NCBI GenBank assembly: GCA_002397465.1
Contig: DHAP01000032.1
Span: 1 to 57,753, forward strand
From: Bacillales bacterium UBA4951
Lineage (GTDB): Bacteria > Bacillota_I > Bacilli_A > RFN20 > CAG-826
Direction of reading: 5' to 3'
Length of the DNA stretch: 57,753 bases
Shown in pieces: positions 16,784 to 26,780 of this stretch. Within the stretch, counting starts at the first letter, position 1. Every line of letters begins with the position of its first letter. A model generated the notes under the pieces. It made no database searches, was not told where the DNA came from, and was given only the letters and a program-made list of their open reading frames with translations. The position numbers and the translations under genes were made by a program.

Positions 16784-18625
16784 TTATTTTCCTCCAATGC
16801 CACTGTCGATCGTTGCGCCAGTGAGCAAATTGACGAGTCCGTTTATGAGTAAGATGAAGACGATGAGCAAGAGGTTGATGCCTGAGCTTAAGGCATATAA
16901 GCCCATCTCATCGAAGTAGTCGAGCATCGTGGTCACGAGATATGACTGCGGCGCGAGAAGCATGAAGAGGTTGAGTTCACGCATCGCGGTGATGAACGGC
17001 AAGAGATAGCCTGAGAGTATCGAAGCCTTTTGGATCGGGACGATGATGCGTGTCATACGTTTCCACCATGGGGTGCCGCTGATCACGGCGGCCTCTTCGA
17101 TTTCTCCTGATAGCTGCATCATCGCGCTTAAGGACGATCTAGAGGCAAACGGTATGTATTTCATCGTGCCGGCCAATATCAACAACAAGAGACACATCGG
17201 CACGGTCGTCCAGCCCATCCTCGTTCCGAAGATAAAGAAGGCGACGCCGACGGCGATGGATGGTAGTAGATATGGCAGGAAGCTGACGCCATTGACGTAG
17301 GCGGCCAGTTTGCTCTTTCGTTTCTTGCTGACGGCATAGCCGACCAAGAAGCCTAAGGTTCCGGCCAATATCGAGCAGATGAAGGCCACGAGCACCTGGT
17401 GGCCGAAGCCACTCCAGATGGTTGAGTTATACAAGATGCCGAATTGGCCATACATGCCAACGTCCTGGGAGCCGCCATGGAAGACCCACCATTTGGTGGT
17501 GAACTGGGTGTAGTCGCCGGGGTTGGCAAGGAAGGTCTCGATGCCGAATGAGATAAGAGGATAAATAGACGTCATGGCCGTGCAGATGATAAGGAAGACG
17601 GCGATGACCCACTTGGAGACTTTTCCAAGTTGGACTTTGCTGGCTTGAGCGGATTTGCCAGAGACGGTGATGTATTGCTTTCTTGAGGAGGTCATCCTTT
17701 GGTTCATGAGAAGGATCAAGACCCCGATAAGTCCCATGATGATGGCCACGATTGAGGCCTCACCTGGCAAACTTACCTTCAAGTCGATGTATTTCGTGGC
17801 GAAGACCTGGAAATACTTGCCGCCCAAATAGTGGGGGACGGGGTAAGAGCCCATGGCGCTTGAGAAGACAAGCAGGATGGTCGAAAGGATGGCTGGCATC
17901 ACCAGAGGCAAAGTGACTCTCGTGAAGGTTTTCCATTTCGGGGTGTTGAGAATCGTGGCGGCTTCTTCAAGCGAAGCGTCCATGTTCTTGAAAACACCGC
18001 CTATCAATATGTAGGCGAATGGGGCGTAGTGCATGCCGAGGACCATGGCGCTCGGGAAGAGGCCTTGGCACCACCATAGAGGCATGTTGATTCCGAGGGT
18101 CGCGGCGAGTAAGCCATTCGATCCTCCGGTTATCGCGTTGCTCCAGAATAGGTTTTTCCAGACGATGGCCAGCGTCCACTGAGGCATGATGTAAGGAAAA
18201 ATGAAGATGGAGCTCAAATACTTTCGGCAGGGGAGGTTGGTCCTGGTGACGAGATACGCCACAAGGCCTCCGAAGACGAGGGCGAAGATGCAGCTTAGGG
18301 CCGCAAGAGCCATCGTGTTGCCAAATGGTTTCCAGAAATTGATAACCGAGTTGGTGCCGCTGAAGATATCGATCCAGTTTGTGATGTTATAGGTTCCGCC
18401 TTTGATGGAGCCAAAGCCGATATCCGCGGCGATATAAGGCTCATATGTTCCGATGTGAAGCAAAAATGAGTCGACGATGATAAGAACCATCGGATAGAAA
18501 ACGATGAAAGTCAAAGCCAATCCGAGGATCACCAAAATGCAATTCTCGGGCTTACTGAACCAAGAGCCCGCTTTGTTCATGCCCCGCTTGAACGGGGAAA
18601 TGGCGCTTGTGGATGAACCGCTCAT
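16784..18625 (-). CDS. Fused two-module ABC importer permease
   Basis: 613 aa with about 12 TM segments. It carries two EAA loops (LEEAATILNTPKWKTFTRVTLP and IEEAAVISGTPWWKRMTRIIVP). Confidence 0.8.
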   Translation of the reverse strand: MSGSSTSAISPFKRGMNKAGSWFSKPENCILVILGLALTFIVFYPMVLIIVDSFLLHIGTYEPYIAADIGFGSIKGGTYNITNWIDIFSGTNSVINFWKPFGNTMALAALSCIFALVFGGLVAYLVTRTNLPCRKYLSSIFIFPYIMPQWTLAIVWKNLFWSNAITGGSNGLLAATLGINMPLWWCQGLFPSAMVLGMHYAPFAYILIGGVFKNMDASLEEAATILNTPKWKTFTRVTLPLVMPAILSTILLVFSSAMGSYPVPHYLGGKYFQVFATKYIDLKVSLPGEASIVAIIMGLIGVLILLMNQRMTSSRKQYITVSGKSAQASKVQLGKVSKWVIAVFLIICTAMTSIYPLISFGIETFLANPGDYTQFTTKWWVFHGGSQDVGMYGQFGILYNSTIWSGFGHQVLVAFICSILAGTLGFLVGYAVSKKRKSKLAAYVNGVSFLPYLLPSIAVGVAFFIFGTRMGWTTVPMCLLLLILAGTMKYIPFASRSSLSAMMQLSGEIEEAAVISGTPWWKRMTRIIVPIQKASILSGYLLPFITAMRELNLFMLLAPQSYLVTTMLDYFDEMGLYALSSGINLLLIVFILLINGLVNLLTGATIDSGIGGK

Positions 18626-18706
18626 ACCATATGTACCTCTCTATGAGAATAAGGCCGCGGGAAGAAAGCCCCCGCGGCCTTATGGTTTCAGAAACGAATA
18701 TCGAAA

Positions 18707-20044
18707 CTAGGCCGCTAAACCGTCGATCCAAGAACCGACTTTGTAGCTGACCTTGGCGCAATAGGTCGGATCCTCGATGACGAGGTTGCCTTTGCCAGCG
18801 CCGGTTCCGGTCCACCAGTCATATCCTTTGTCGTTGAGGACCGGATAGTCGGTGCCTCCGTCATTGGAATGGTCTTGGTTGATGCCAGAATTGGTGTTGG
18901 AGCAGTAGCCGCCAATGTCCTTGCCCCAGGCCTTGAAGCCGTCATAAGTGCAAGTCATGAAGTTGATGAAAGCGCAGGAAGCATATGGGTACGGAGAAGT
19001 CTTGAGGACTTGGAGATAATGCTTGTACATGTATCCGCCGATTCCCTTGTAGCCGTCTTGGTAAGCCGCGACGGTGACGTTCTTCTTGCTCACGCCATCG
19101 CTCTCGCTGACTGAACGGAGCTTCGAATAGACGAGAAGTCCGCTCGATCCGACTGACGAGCTCTTGACGAGTTCGTTGCAGATTGGGCCGTCATCGGTCT
19201 GGACGCTGTATTGCTTCATCCAGAATTGGATGTAGGCCAAAGCGTATTTGGCGTTGGCCCCTAAGCCAAGGTCTGTGGCCTTGGTGGCTAAGGCATCAGC
19301 GGCATCGCCAACGCGCTTTTTCTCGGTGGCATCGCTGATTCCATCATAGGCGTCTTTGAGAATGGCACTGTAGGTGTCATTGGTCATCATAAGCATCCAG
19401 TTCTTGCCGACTGGCTCGCTGTTCGGGGCCATGAACATCGGGGTCTCGCCTGTGCGGACGAAGTCCCAGCAGTTCTTGTAGGTCTTATCTCCGAGGTTAT
19501 TGAACTCGAAGATCTTGTTGAGGGACTGAAGGGCGAACGGTTCTTTGTTACTGGCTGAGCCTTTCCATTCCTTCGGTACGTAGTTAAGAAGGTTGCCAGT
19601 GTCGAGCTCTTTGCTCTGGATTTGGTTGGCATCCTGGATGAGAGTCATGGAGATGTTGTGGTCGCTTGAGGCGATGTCGGCATCGATGGCTTCAAAGATG
19701 GTGTTGTTCTTCGGCTGAGTCCAAGAAATAGTGGCGCTGAAATCTGGGTCATAGTCCGGGAAGGCGGCGCGGATTGTCGCGCTTTCCTTTCCATCGGCGT
19801 CTAGGCCTTTGAGGTAATTGATAAAGTACTCTTGGGCGGTCTTTCCACGTGAAGAGTTACCAATTCCGGTCATGGTCTTGCCCCTGATCTCCTCCATTGC
19901 CTTCTTGTAGAGAGTTGCTTGATCCATACCCTCCGCGGCGGCGATGGCGGCTTCGACCTCAGTTTTGGCGGTGCTGCAACCGGTCATCAACGGCGCTACT
20001 AACGTAAGCGCAGCCAACAACACGACTGAACGAGTGTGCTTCAT
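18707..20044 (-). CDS. ABC importer substrate-binding lipoprotein (substrate unknown)
   Basis: It has a signal peptide with lipobox LMTGC. It is the first gene of an SBP-permease-ATPase operon. GGAGG lies upstream of the ATG at 20044. Confidence 0.7.
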   Translation of the reverse strand: MKHTRSVVLLAALTLVAPLMTGCSTAKTEVEAAIAAAEGMDQATLYKKAMEEIRGKTMTGIGNSSRGKTAQEYFINYLKGLDADGKESATIRAAFPDYDPDFSATISWTQPKNNTIFEAIDADIASSDHNISMTLIQDANQIQSKELDTGNLLNYVPKEWKGSASNKEPFALQSLNKIFEFNNLGDKTYKNCWDFVRTGETPMFMAPNSEPVGKNWMLMMTNDTYSAILKDAYDGISDATEKKRVGDAADALATKATDLGLGANAKYALAYIQFWMKQYSVQTDDGPICNELVKSSSVGSSGLLVYSKLRSVSESDGVSKKNVTVAAYQDGYKGIGGYMYKHYLQVLKTSPYPYASCAFINFMTCTYDGFKAWGKDIGGYCSNTNSGINQDHSNDGGTDYPVLNDKGYDWWTGTGAGKGNLVIEDPTYCAKVSYKVGSWIDGLAA

Positions 20045-20132
20045 GTTTGTTAAATTCCTCCTTACATGAGCATGAACAAAAAGGTCTCCCCCTAGTTTCT
20101 TGAGAAAACTTTTTCGTTGCCCTTATATTAAA

Positions 20133-20146
20133 TGTAAGCGGTTTCG
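20133..20146. promoter_or_regulatory. cre-like (CcpA/LacI-type) site upstream of the SBP-permease-ATPase operon
   Basis: TGTAAGCGGTTTCG matches the cre consensus TGWAANCGNTNWCA at 13 of 14 positions. It lies about 90 nt upstream of the SBP ATG. Confidence 0.4.
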
Positions 20147-20536
20147 TTGTCAAAGGAAACTATATCGGTAAAACAATTATTAAGTCGGTAAAATGCCATG
20201 AATGATATCAATTGTAAGCATTTTGTTTACGAATAAATTTACTCACAAATAAATTTGTTACAATGCCTTTTTATTGTCCATGACATGGAAATCCACGGGA
20301 AAAATGTTTTAGTTCGGGGCGAGAACAAACGATGAGGAAAAATCAATTAATCAACTTCGGAAATCGGTGTTTTATCGATGACATAATTTTTGGTAAATCA
20401 AAATCGTCAGCGGTGGTTAACCGCCTTTAATACAAGCTGATTTACACGGCCGAAAACCACACTTATGCCAATCCCAACAAAGTATGGATAACGTTCGTTT
20501 CTTTTATTAATAAAAGGGTGGTACACTTCTCTCGAC

Positions 20537-21091
20537 ATGAAAACCTTAATACTCTATCAAAGCAAGTGCGGCAGCACGAAAGCCTACGCCGAAGACATCG
20601 CGAAAGCCACCGGAGCGGACGTTTATCCACTCAAGGGCTTCCGTTTAAAGAAGATGAAGGACTATGACACAATCGTGTTTGGTGGCTGGGTTCAGGGCGG
20701 CAGCATTCAAGGGCTCGACAAGTTCCTCAGCGAATACGAGTCCATCAAAGACAAGAACGTCCTTATTTTCTCGACTGGCATGGCCTTTCCGACCAGCGAC
20801 GGACGTTCGTTATTGATCGAACAAAACCTTTTGGACATGTACCACATCCGTTTCTATATGCTCCAGGGCTCATTCGACATCAAGAAGCTGAGGCCTCTTG
20901 AGAGAATATTGATTCAACGCTCGCTCACCAACTTGGTGAACGACCCCGCCAACGTCAATCAGAAAGAGTCGCTTGAGAAACTCTCGAGCGAACCTTTGGT
21001 CGTCTATGACCACCAGGGGATCGACAAGATCGTCCGCGTCATCAACACTCTGTCTCTCACCGTCGAAGTGAACGTCAAGGACAAGGCATGA
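20537..21091 (+). CDS. Flavodoxin-domain protein (HemG-like short flavodoxin fold)
   Basis: N-terminal LILYQSKCGSTKAYAEDIA and TIVFGGWV are present. The stop overlaps the pth start (ATGA). Confidence 0.6.
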   Translation: MKTLILYQSKCGSTKAYAEDIAKATGADVYPLKGFRLKKMKDYDTIVFGGWVQGGSIQGLDKFLSEYESIKDKNVLIFSTGMAFPTSDGRSLLIEQNLLDMYHIRFYMLQGSFDIKKLRPLERILIQRSLTNLVNDPANVNQKESLEKLSSEPLVVYDHQGIDKIVRVINTLSLTVEVNVKDKA

Positions 21092-21663
21092 AACTCTTCG
21101 TCGGTTTAGGCAATTACGGCCAAGAATACGTCGGCACCCGTCATAACATGGGATTTTTAAGCGTCGACAAATTCATGGATCTCGCCGGCGGAGTCTTTGA
21201 CAAGAGCGACTTCAAAGGCGTCTATGGCATCGTCCGCAACCCGATGTTCTCCGAACCGATCGTGGTCGTGAAGCCTCAGACCTACATGAACTTATCCGGC
21301 ACCTGCGTGAGACCTCTTGCCGACTTCTACAAGATACCCCTTGAGGACATCGTGGTGGTCTATGACGAGATGGCTCTTCCAGTCGGGACGATCAGACTCC
21401 GCGAGAATGGTTCAAGCGGTGGCCATAAAGGCATTCAGAACATAATCGACCAATACGGAAGCGACAAGATCAAACGCATCCGCATCGGCATTGGCGAACC
21501 GCCCTTCAAAAACGCGATCGACTATGTGTTAGGCAAGCCAAAGGGCGAAGAATTAGATAAAATAAACGAGGCGACCGACCGGGCCGCCAAAGCCTTGCGA
21601 GACATTGAAGTCAAAGGCTTCCCATACGCGATGAGCATCTACAACGCCCCAGCTAAGGAGTGA
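21088..21663 (+). CDS. pth: Peptidyl-tRNA hydrolase
   Basis: GLGNYGQEYVGTRHNMGF and the catalytic His motif are present, at a typical length of 191 aa. Confidence 0.95.
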   Translation: MKLFVGLGNYGQEYVGTRHNMGFLSVDKFMDLAGGVFDKSDFKGVYGIVRNPMFSEPIVVVKPQTYMNLSGTCVRPLADFYKIPLEDIVVVYDEMALPVGTIRLRENGSSGGHKGIQNIIDQYGSDKIKRIRIGIGEPPFKNAIDYVLGKPKGEELDKINEATDRAAKALRDIEVKGFPYAMSIYNAPAKE

Positions 21664-21702
21664 ACGACGACGGACCTCTACGAGGAACTGAAAAAACTTA
21701 AT

Positions 21703-24700
21703 GTGACCTCCCCCCTCTTGGACAAGAAGGGGCATTTCGTCGTGGACGATACGATCGGGGTCTCTCTCTTGTTCGCCTTCATTTACCACGAAAGAAAAGA
21801 GAGTTACGCCATAGTCAGCAACAACCTCTACAGCGCTCAAAAGAGCTATGAGTTCCTTTTGAATTTCCTGCCGGAAGAGGATGTCGTATTCTTCCCGGCG
21901 GATGAATTATTAAGAGCTGCCAAACTCTCATCCAGCAAGGAACTGATGGCCCAAAGGCTCTATGCGATGGGCCAGTTATCTTCTCCGGGCGCCAAGATAT
22001 TAATCACCCATCCAGCCGCGTTATTACGTTATTTGCCAGATCCAAAAGCCTTTCAGAAGTCGATGATTTCCTTGCAAAAGGGCTCTAAGTGCGACTTAGG
22101 AGAACTAAAAAGCCAACTTGTGGAAATGGGCTATCAGAAGGTCAACAAGATAGACCAGTCCTTGGAGTTCGCCTCCCGTGGCGACATCTTGGACATCTTC
22201 TCCGTCAACTATCTGAAGCCAGTCAGGATCGAGTTCTTTGACGATGAGATCGAAAGCGTCCGTTTCTTTGACGTCGCCACCCAGTCCTCGCTTGAGGACG
22301 TGGAGAGATTCTCGATATTGCCTGCGAACGATTTCTTGATGGACGACGACACCATCACGAGCTTCGCCCACCGTTTGAAAGAAAGGCTTGATGAAGATTG
22401 CAAGACCCTTCCTTTGGACGCCTCGGAACAGTTACGTGACAACGTTATGCGTGACCTTGAGGACGTCGTGAACAGGAACTACAACCCATCCTTATATAAG
22501 TATTATGGATTCGCGCTTGAGAAGCCCCATTCGATCCTTTCTTATTTTGCCCCGGCCCTTACTTTCGTGGCTGAGAAAGAAGGGTTCGTCGCCTCGACTG
22601 ATTTGCTCATTAACGAGGCACATGAATATTTAGGCGAACTCAAATTATCCAACATCACCGTCTCCCATCTAGAGGAATACATGGAGGTCGACGAGGCCTT
22701 GGGCGACTACCGGAAAGTCTACTATGGGGTCAAATACGCCGAGAGCGCCGATGACTTCTCTTTCTCCGTCCGCCCCATCGTAAACGCAGGCGGAGGAATC
22801 GCCTCCATCATCCCGACGATCGAAAGCTATCTGAAGAACGACGACAAAGTAATCTTGTCTTTGCCTGAGCCCCACCAAAAAGAGACGGTCATCGGTTTCT
22901 TGAATGAGAGCAAGATTCCTTACGAGGAAGTCAAAGGCCTTGAGATGCCTAAGGGTAAACTGGGGATCACTTCGCTTCCGCTAAGCCAAGGCTTCGAGGT
23001 CTCGTCTTTGAAGATCGCCTACATCTCTTCAAGCGAGATGTTCGGGCATAGGATCGCCAACACGAGATTCACCTCGCGTTTCAAGGACGCGACCATCTTG
23101 AAGAGCTACGAGGATTTGAAGCCGGGTGACTATGTCGTCCATGAATACAACGGCATCGGCCAGTTCATCGAGATCAAGACCTTGGAGGTCGAAGGCATCC
23201 ATAGGGATTATTTAAGAATCGCCTATGCCGGCAATGAGACGCTTTATGTCCCGTTGGAACAATTCAGATTAGTCAGAAAATACTCAGGACGAGAAGGGGC
23301 GGCCCCACGCTTGTCCCATCTTTCGGGCGGCGAATGGAAAAAGAAGAAAGAGCATATCAAGGAGAGGGTCAACGAATTGGCGGACCGCCTCATCGCCCTC
23401 TATGGCGCGAGGACCCAGATCAAAGGTTTTGCCTTTCCGCCCGATGACGAGCTCCAGAAGAAGTTCGAGGGCGAGTTCCCGTATGAATTGACCCCCGATC
23501 AAAAAAAGTCGCTCGACGAGATCAAAGCCGACATGGAGAAAGACACCATCATGGACCGCCTTTTGTGCGGGGACGTGGGCTTTGGCAAAACCGAGATCGC
23601 CTTCCGTTCCGCCTTCAAGGCCATCTCTGCGGGTAAGCAGGTCGCCCTCTTATGCCCGACCACCTTGTTAGCGAGGCAGCATTACGAGGTCGCGATCGAA
23701 AGATTCGCCTCCTTTGGGATTCACATCGCTCTCTTTTCGAGGCTGGTGCCTTTATCGATCCAGAAAAAGAACATCAAAGAGATATATGAGGGCAAGATCG
23801 ATCTCGTGATCGGAACCCACAGGCTTTTGTCCAAAGAGATCGTCTATAAGGATTTAGGCTTGCTCATCGTGGATGAGGAACAAAGGTTCGGCGTCGAGCA
23901 GAAAGAGAAGATAAAAGAGCTGAAGAAGAACGTCGACGTCCTCACTTTGAGCGCCACGCCGATCCCAAGGACCATGCAGATGTCCCTCGTGGGCATAAGG
24001 CCTCTTTCGGAGATCAACACGGCCCCGGAATCAAGGATGCCGATCCAGACTTATGTCGCCCCATACAAGGCCGATGTGGCCTATGAGCTGATTCAAAGGG
24101 AACTAGCCAGGAACGGCCAGGTCTTTTATGTCTATAACAAAGTGGCGACCATCTACTCCAAGGCCGCGGAGATAGCGAGGAACATCCCGAGTGCCAAAGT
24201 CGGGGTCGTCCATGGCCAGATGGACAAAGACGAAAGCGAAGAGGTGATGTCGAAGTTCTACGATAACGAGATCAACGTCCTCGTCTGCACCTCGATCGTC
24301 GAAAACGGGATAGACATCCCCAACGCCAACATGCTGATCGTGGAAGATGCCGACCATTTTGGTTTGTCACAGCTCTACCAAATCAAAGGCAGAGTCGGAA
24401 GGGGCGACCGCATCGCCTATGCCTATTTGATGTACAAGCCGCAGAAACAGATGAACGAGGATGCCCAAAAAAGACTTCAGGCCATCCAGGAGTTCACCGA
24501 GCTAGGAAGCGGCTACAAAATAGCCCAAAGAGACCTCATGATCCGGGGTGCCGGAGACATACTGGGGGCTGAGCAGGCCGGCTTCATCGACACGGTTGGC
24601 TTAGACCTTTACATGAAGATGCTGAACGAGGCCATCACCGAGAAGAAAACCGGCGTGCCAAGAGAAGAGCCAAAACCCAATAAAATATTCAACATAGACG

Positions 24701-25149
24701 CTTATATTCCGAAGGGCTACGCGATCAATAGCGACAAGATCGAACTCTACCAGGAGCTTGAGAACATCTCGAATGAGGATGAACTCGCTAAATACAGCAA
24801 GCACCTTCGTGACGTCTATGGCAAGATACCCAAAGAGACCGAGCTTCTTTTGAAGAAGAAACGGATCGACATCTACGCCAACAAAGAGGAGTTCTCTTCA
24901 GTTGAGGAAGGCGAAGGCTACATCGACATCCTGATGAGCGACACCTTCTCGAGGATCAATGGCATTGGGGTGGAGCTCTTTGACGTCATTCTTCCTTATA
25001 TGAGTTTCATCAAGGTCAACTTCCTTGAGAAGAAACTAAGGATAAGGATCGCCAAACGCGATAGTTGGCTCGATGACCTTGAGAAGATCGTCAAAGGAAT
25101 CGACGCTCTCTATAGCCGACACAAAGAGGGGGATGTTGTGCTAAACTAA
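21703..25149 (+). CDS. mfd: Transcription-repair coupling factor
   Basis: 1148 aa. It has a UvrB-homology N-terminus, an RNAP-interacting region, and superfamily-2 helicase motifs GDVGFGKTE, LLIVDEEQRFG, ATPIPRT and QLYQIKGRVGR. The exact start is uncertain: GTG at 21703, with the frame open from 21664. Confidence 0.93.
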   Translation: MTSPLLDKKGHFVVDDTIGVSLLFAFIYHERKESYAIVSNNLYSAQKSYEFLLNFLPEEDVVFFPADELLRAAKLSSSKELMAQRLYAMGQLSSPGAKILITHPAALLRYLPDPKAFQKSMISLQKGSKCDLGELKSQLVEMGYQKVNKIDQSLEFASRGDILDIFSVNYLKPVRIEFFDDEIESVRFFDVATQSSLEDVERFSILPANDFLMDDDTITSFAHRLKERLDEDCKTLPLDASEQLRDNVMRDLEDVVNRNYNPSLYKYYGFALEKPHSILSYFAPALTFVAEKEGFVASTDLLINEAHEYLGELKLSNITVSHLEEYMEVDEALGDYRKVYYGVKYAESADDFSFSVRPIVNAGGGIASIIPTIESYLKNDDKVILSLPEPHQKETVIGFLNESKIPYEEVKGLEMPKGKLGITSLPLSQGFEVSSLKIAYISSSEMFGHRIANTRFTSRFKDATILKSYEDLKPGDYVVHEYNGIGQFIEIKTLEVEGIHRDYLRIAYAGNETLYVPLEQFRLVRKYSGREGAAPRLSHLSGGEWKKKKEHIKERVNELADRLIALYGARTQIKGFAFPPDDELQKKFEGEFPYELTPDQKKSLDEIKADMEKDTIMDRLLCGDVGFGKTEIAFRSAFKAISAGKQVALLCPTTLLARQHYEVAIERFASFGIHIALFSRLVPLSIQKKNIKEIYEGKIDLVIGTHRLLSKEIVYKDLGLLIVDEEQRFGVEQKEKIKELKKNVDVLTLSATPIPRTMQMSLVGIRPLSEINTAPESRMPIQTYVAPYKADVAYELIQRELARNGQVFYVYNKVATIYSKAAEIARNIPSAKVGVVHGQMDKDESEEVMSKFYDNEINVLVCTSIVENGIDIPNANMLIVEDADHFGLSQLYQIKGRVGRGDRIAYAYLMYKPQKQMNEDAQKRLQAIQEFTELGSGYKIAQRDLMIRGAGDILGAEQAGFIDTVGLDLYMKMLNEAITEKKTGVPREEPKPNKIFNIDAYIPKGYAINSDKIELYQELENISNEDELAKYSKHLRDVYGKIPKETELLLKKKRIDIYANKEEFSSVEEGEGYIDILMSDTFSRINGIGVELFDVILPYMSFIKVNFLEKKLRIRIAKRDSWLDDLEKIVKGIDALYSRHKEGDVVLN

Positions 25150-25153
25150 GCCG

Positions 25154-25420
25154 ATGAGAATCGATAAATTCCTAAAGGTCTCCCGTCTTATCAAAAGAAG
25201 GGAAACCGCCAAAGAGCTCTGCGACGACGGAGACGTCATCATCAATGGCAAAAAAGCCAAAGCCATGAGCGAAATCCTTCCAAACGACACCATCATTATC
25301 CTGTTAGGGCGCCACAAAATCACCGCAAAGGTCAATTTTGTGAAAGAATTCGCCCGCAAGGAAGAAGCTAGTACGATGTATACGATACTTGAAGACCTGA
25401 TCATAGAAAGAGGGGAATGA
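25154..25420 (+). CDS. rqcP: S4-domain RNA-binding protein, YabO/RqcP type
   Basis: 88 aa. MRIDKFLKVSRLIKRRETAKELCDDGDVIINGKKAK is an S4 fold. The gene occupies the conserved position after mfd. Confidence 0.75.
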   Translation: MRIDKFLKVSRLIKRRETAKELCDDGDVIINGKKAKAMSEILPNDTIIILLGRHKITAKVNFVKEFARKEEASTMYTILEDLIIERGE

Positions 25421-26685
25421 AAATGCTCACTTCAAAAGTGCTCGATTACAAATTCGGCGAGGACAACGTCTACCTATTGCCCGTCACCTATGGGGCCGCT
25501 TCGATGGCCTTGCTCGACATGATGCAAAAGGAAGGCAAGAAGCCTGTCGTCTGTTTCGTCAATTACCATTTCGGCGAGGACATCGACAAAGCCGAGACCG
25601 CCCTTAAGCAGTACTGCCAGCAAAACGATCTGACCCTTGAGATCTGTGACACCCGTTTCGTCTCGCAAGAAGGCAAAGACGACGACTACATCGATTGGCA
25701 GAGGAAGACCCGTTACAACTTCTTCACCGAGACCTATAAGAAATATGACGCGGCCGCCATCTTCATCGCCCATATCCAGGACGACATCATCGAAAGCTAT
25801 CTCCGGACTAAGGCCGATGGCATCAAAAAGATCAATTACGGTTACACGAAAATCTCCCAGAACCACGGGATGGTCGTCGTGAGGCCTTTGCTTGATTTCA
25901 CTAGACAGGACCTCCAGGAATATTGCGAGGGCAACAACGTCCCCTTCCTTCCGGAGGCCGTCGACTTCGAACACGCCAATTCATCATCCATCCGCAAGCA
26001 CGTCGACTCTCTCAACGAAGTCGAAAGAGGGCAACTATTGGACGAGATGAAAAAAGAGAATTCCGAGAAGATCAACTTCATCCGAGACATCGACAATTCC
26101 ATCAGCGAGGTCAACGAATTAGAGATCCGAGCCATCCTCGCCTTGAACCAAGACGAGTTTCTCGAAACCCTCATCAACTTCGTGAACCACGCCTCCCCGA
26201 TCCACATAACCATCACCCCCGAATTAGCGAAGAGCATCAGGAAGATGTGCCTCGACAAGAAGAGCAACATGTCGATCAAGCTCAAAGGCGATGTCTACCT
26301 CGTGAAGGAATACGACATCATCTCCATCGACAAGGACGGCCTCGACATGCCTTATAGCTACGTGATCGAAAAACCAGGCAAGTTCTCGTGTGAGAGCTTC
26401 GACCTCGATTTCTCGATGGGGGCCGAGGATAGGAACATCAAAGACAGCGATTATCCTCTCACCGTGAGAAGCGCCCTCCCACAGGACAATTACAACTATG
26501 GCGGCTACCTCGCCCCAGTGAGAAGAATGTTGGTGGCGGCAGGCATCTCTCCGCGTTTATTGCATATTTGGCCGGTCTTTTTGAACAAAGACGGCAAAAT
26601 CATCTATGTGCCCCGCTATAAGAAGGGGTTCAGTGAATATCATTCGAGCGTGCTGAACATTCACGTGAAAAACGATGAGAAATGA
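25417..26685 (+). CDS. tilS: tRNA(Ile)-lysidine synthetase homologue with a degenerate PP-loop
   Basis: TilS family landmarks are retained (VNYHF, RKTRYNFF, AHIQDDIIESYL, VVRPLL) and the position before ftsH is conserved. The SGGxDS motif reads TYGAAS. Confidence 0.7.
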   Translation: MKMLTSKVLDYKFGEDNVYLLPVTYGAASMALLDMMQKEGKKPVVCFVNYHFGEDIDKAETALKQYCQQNDLTLEICDTRFVSQEGKDDDYIDWQRKTRYNFFTETYKKYDAAAIFIAHIQDDIIESYLRTKADGIKKINYGYTKISQNHGMVVVRPLLDFTRQDLQEYCEGNNVPFLPEAVDFEHANSSSIRKHVDSLNEVERGQLLDEMKKENSEKINFIRDIDNSISEVNELEIRAILALNQDEFLETLINFVNHASPIHITITPELAKSIRKMCLDKKSNMSIKLKGDVYLVKEYDIISIDKDGLDMPYSYVIEKPGKFSCESFDLDFSMGAEDRNIKDSDYPLTVRSALPQDNYNYGGYLAPVRRMLVAAGISPRLLHIWPVFLNKDGKIIYVPRYKKGFSEYHSSVLNIHVKNDEK

Positions 26686-26780
26686 GTAAAGTTGTTGTAC
26701 GCCCCACCCATAGGGTGTATTGTGCGTAATGTTAGAAACAGCGCTAGAAAAAAGCAGTCGAAAATGAATGGAGGTCTCCT

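Noticed and set aside
20165-20193. TCGGTAAAA direct repeats considered as a possible CRISPR or other repeat array.
   Set aside because: There are only two 9-bp copies 20 bp apart. This is far too short and too few for a CRISPR array, so I kept it only as a possible regulator-binding site.
20332-20430. 32-codon ORF (MRKNQLINFGNRCFIDDIIFGKSKSSAVVNRL) in the 490-bp spacer upstream of the flavodoxin-like gene. I also looked there for a riboswitch.
   Set aside because: It has no convincing SD and no hydrophobic or otherwise recognisable character. I could not match the spacer to any riboswitch consensus I know, such as FMN. I leave it as unexplained spacer.
21661-21663. Possibility that the organism uses the Mycoplasma/Spiroplasma code (TGA = Trp), given the Mollicutes-like features.
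   Set aside because: TGA terminates several well-conserved genes at their expected lengths (pth at 21661-21663, dusB at 30020-30022, the DUF368 gene at 15097-15099). The standard code therefore applies.
25474-26357. 166-aa, 147-aa and 144-aa ORFs overlapping the tilS homologue on both strands.
   Set aside because: They are low-complexity Arg/Pro/His-rich translations with no start context. The plus-frame TilS-like product has recognisable family motifs.
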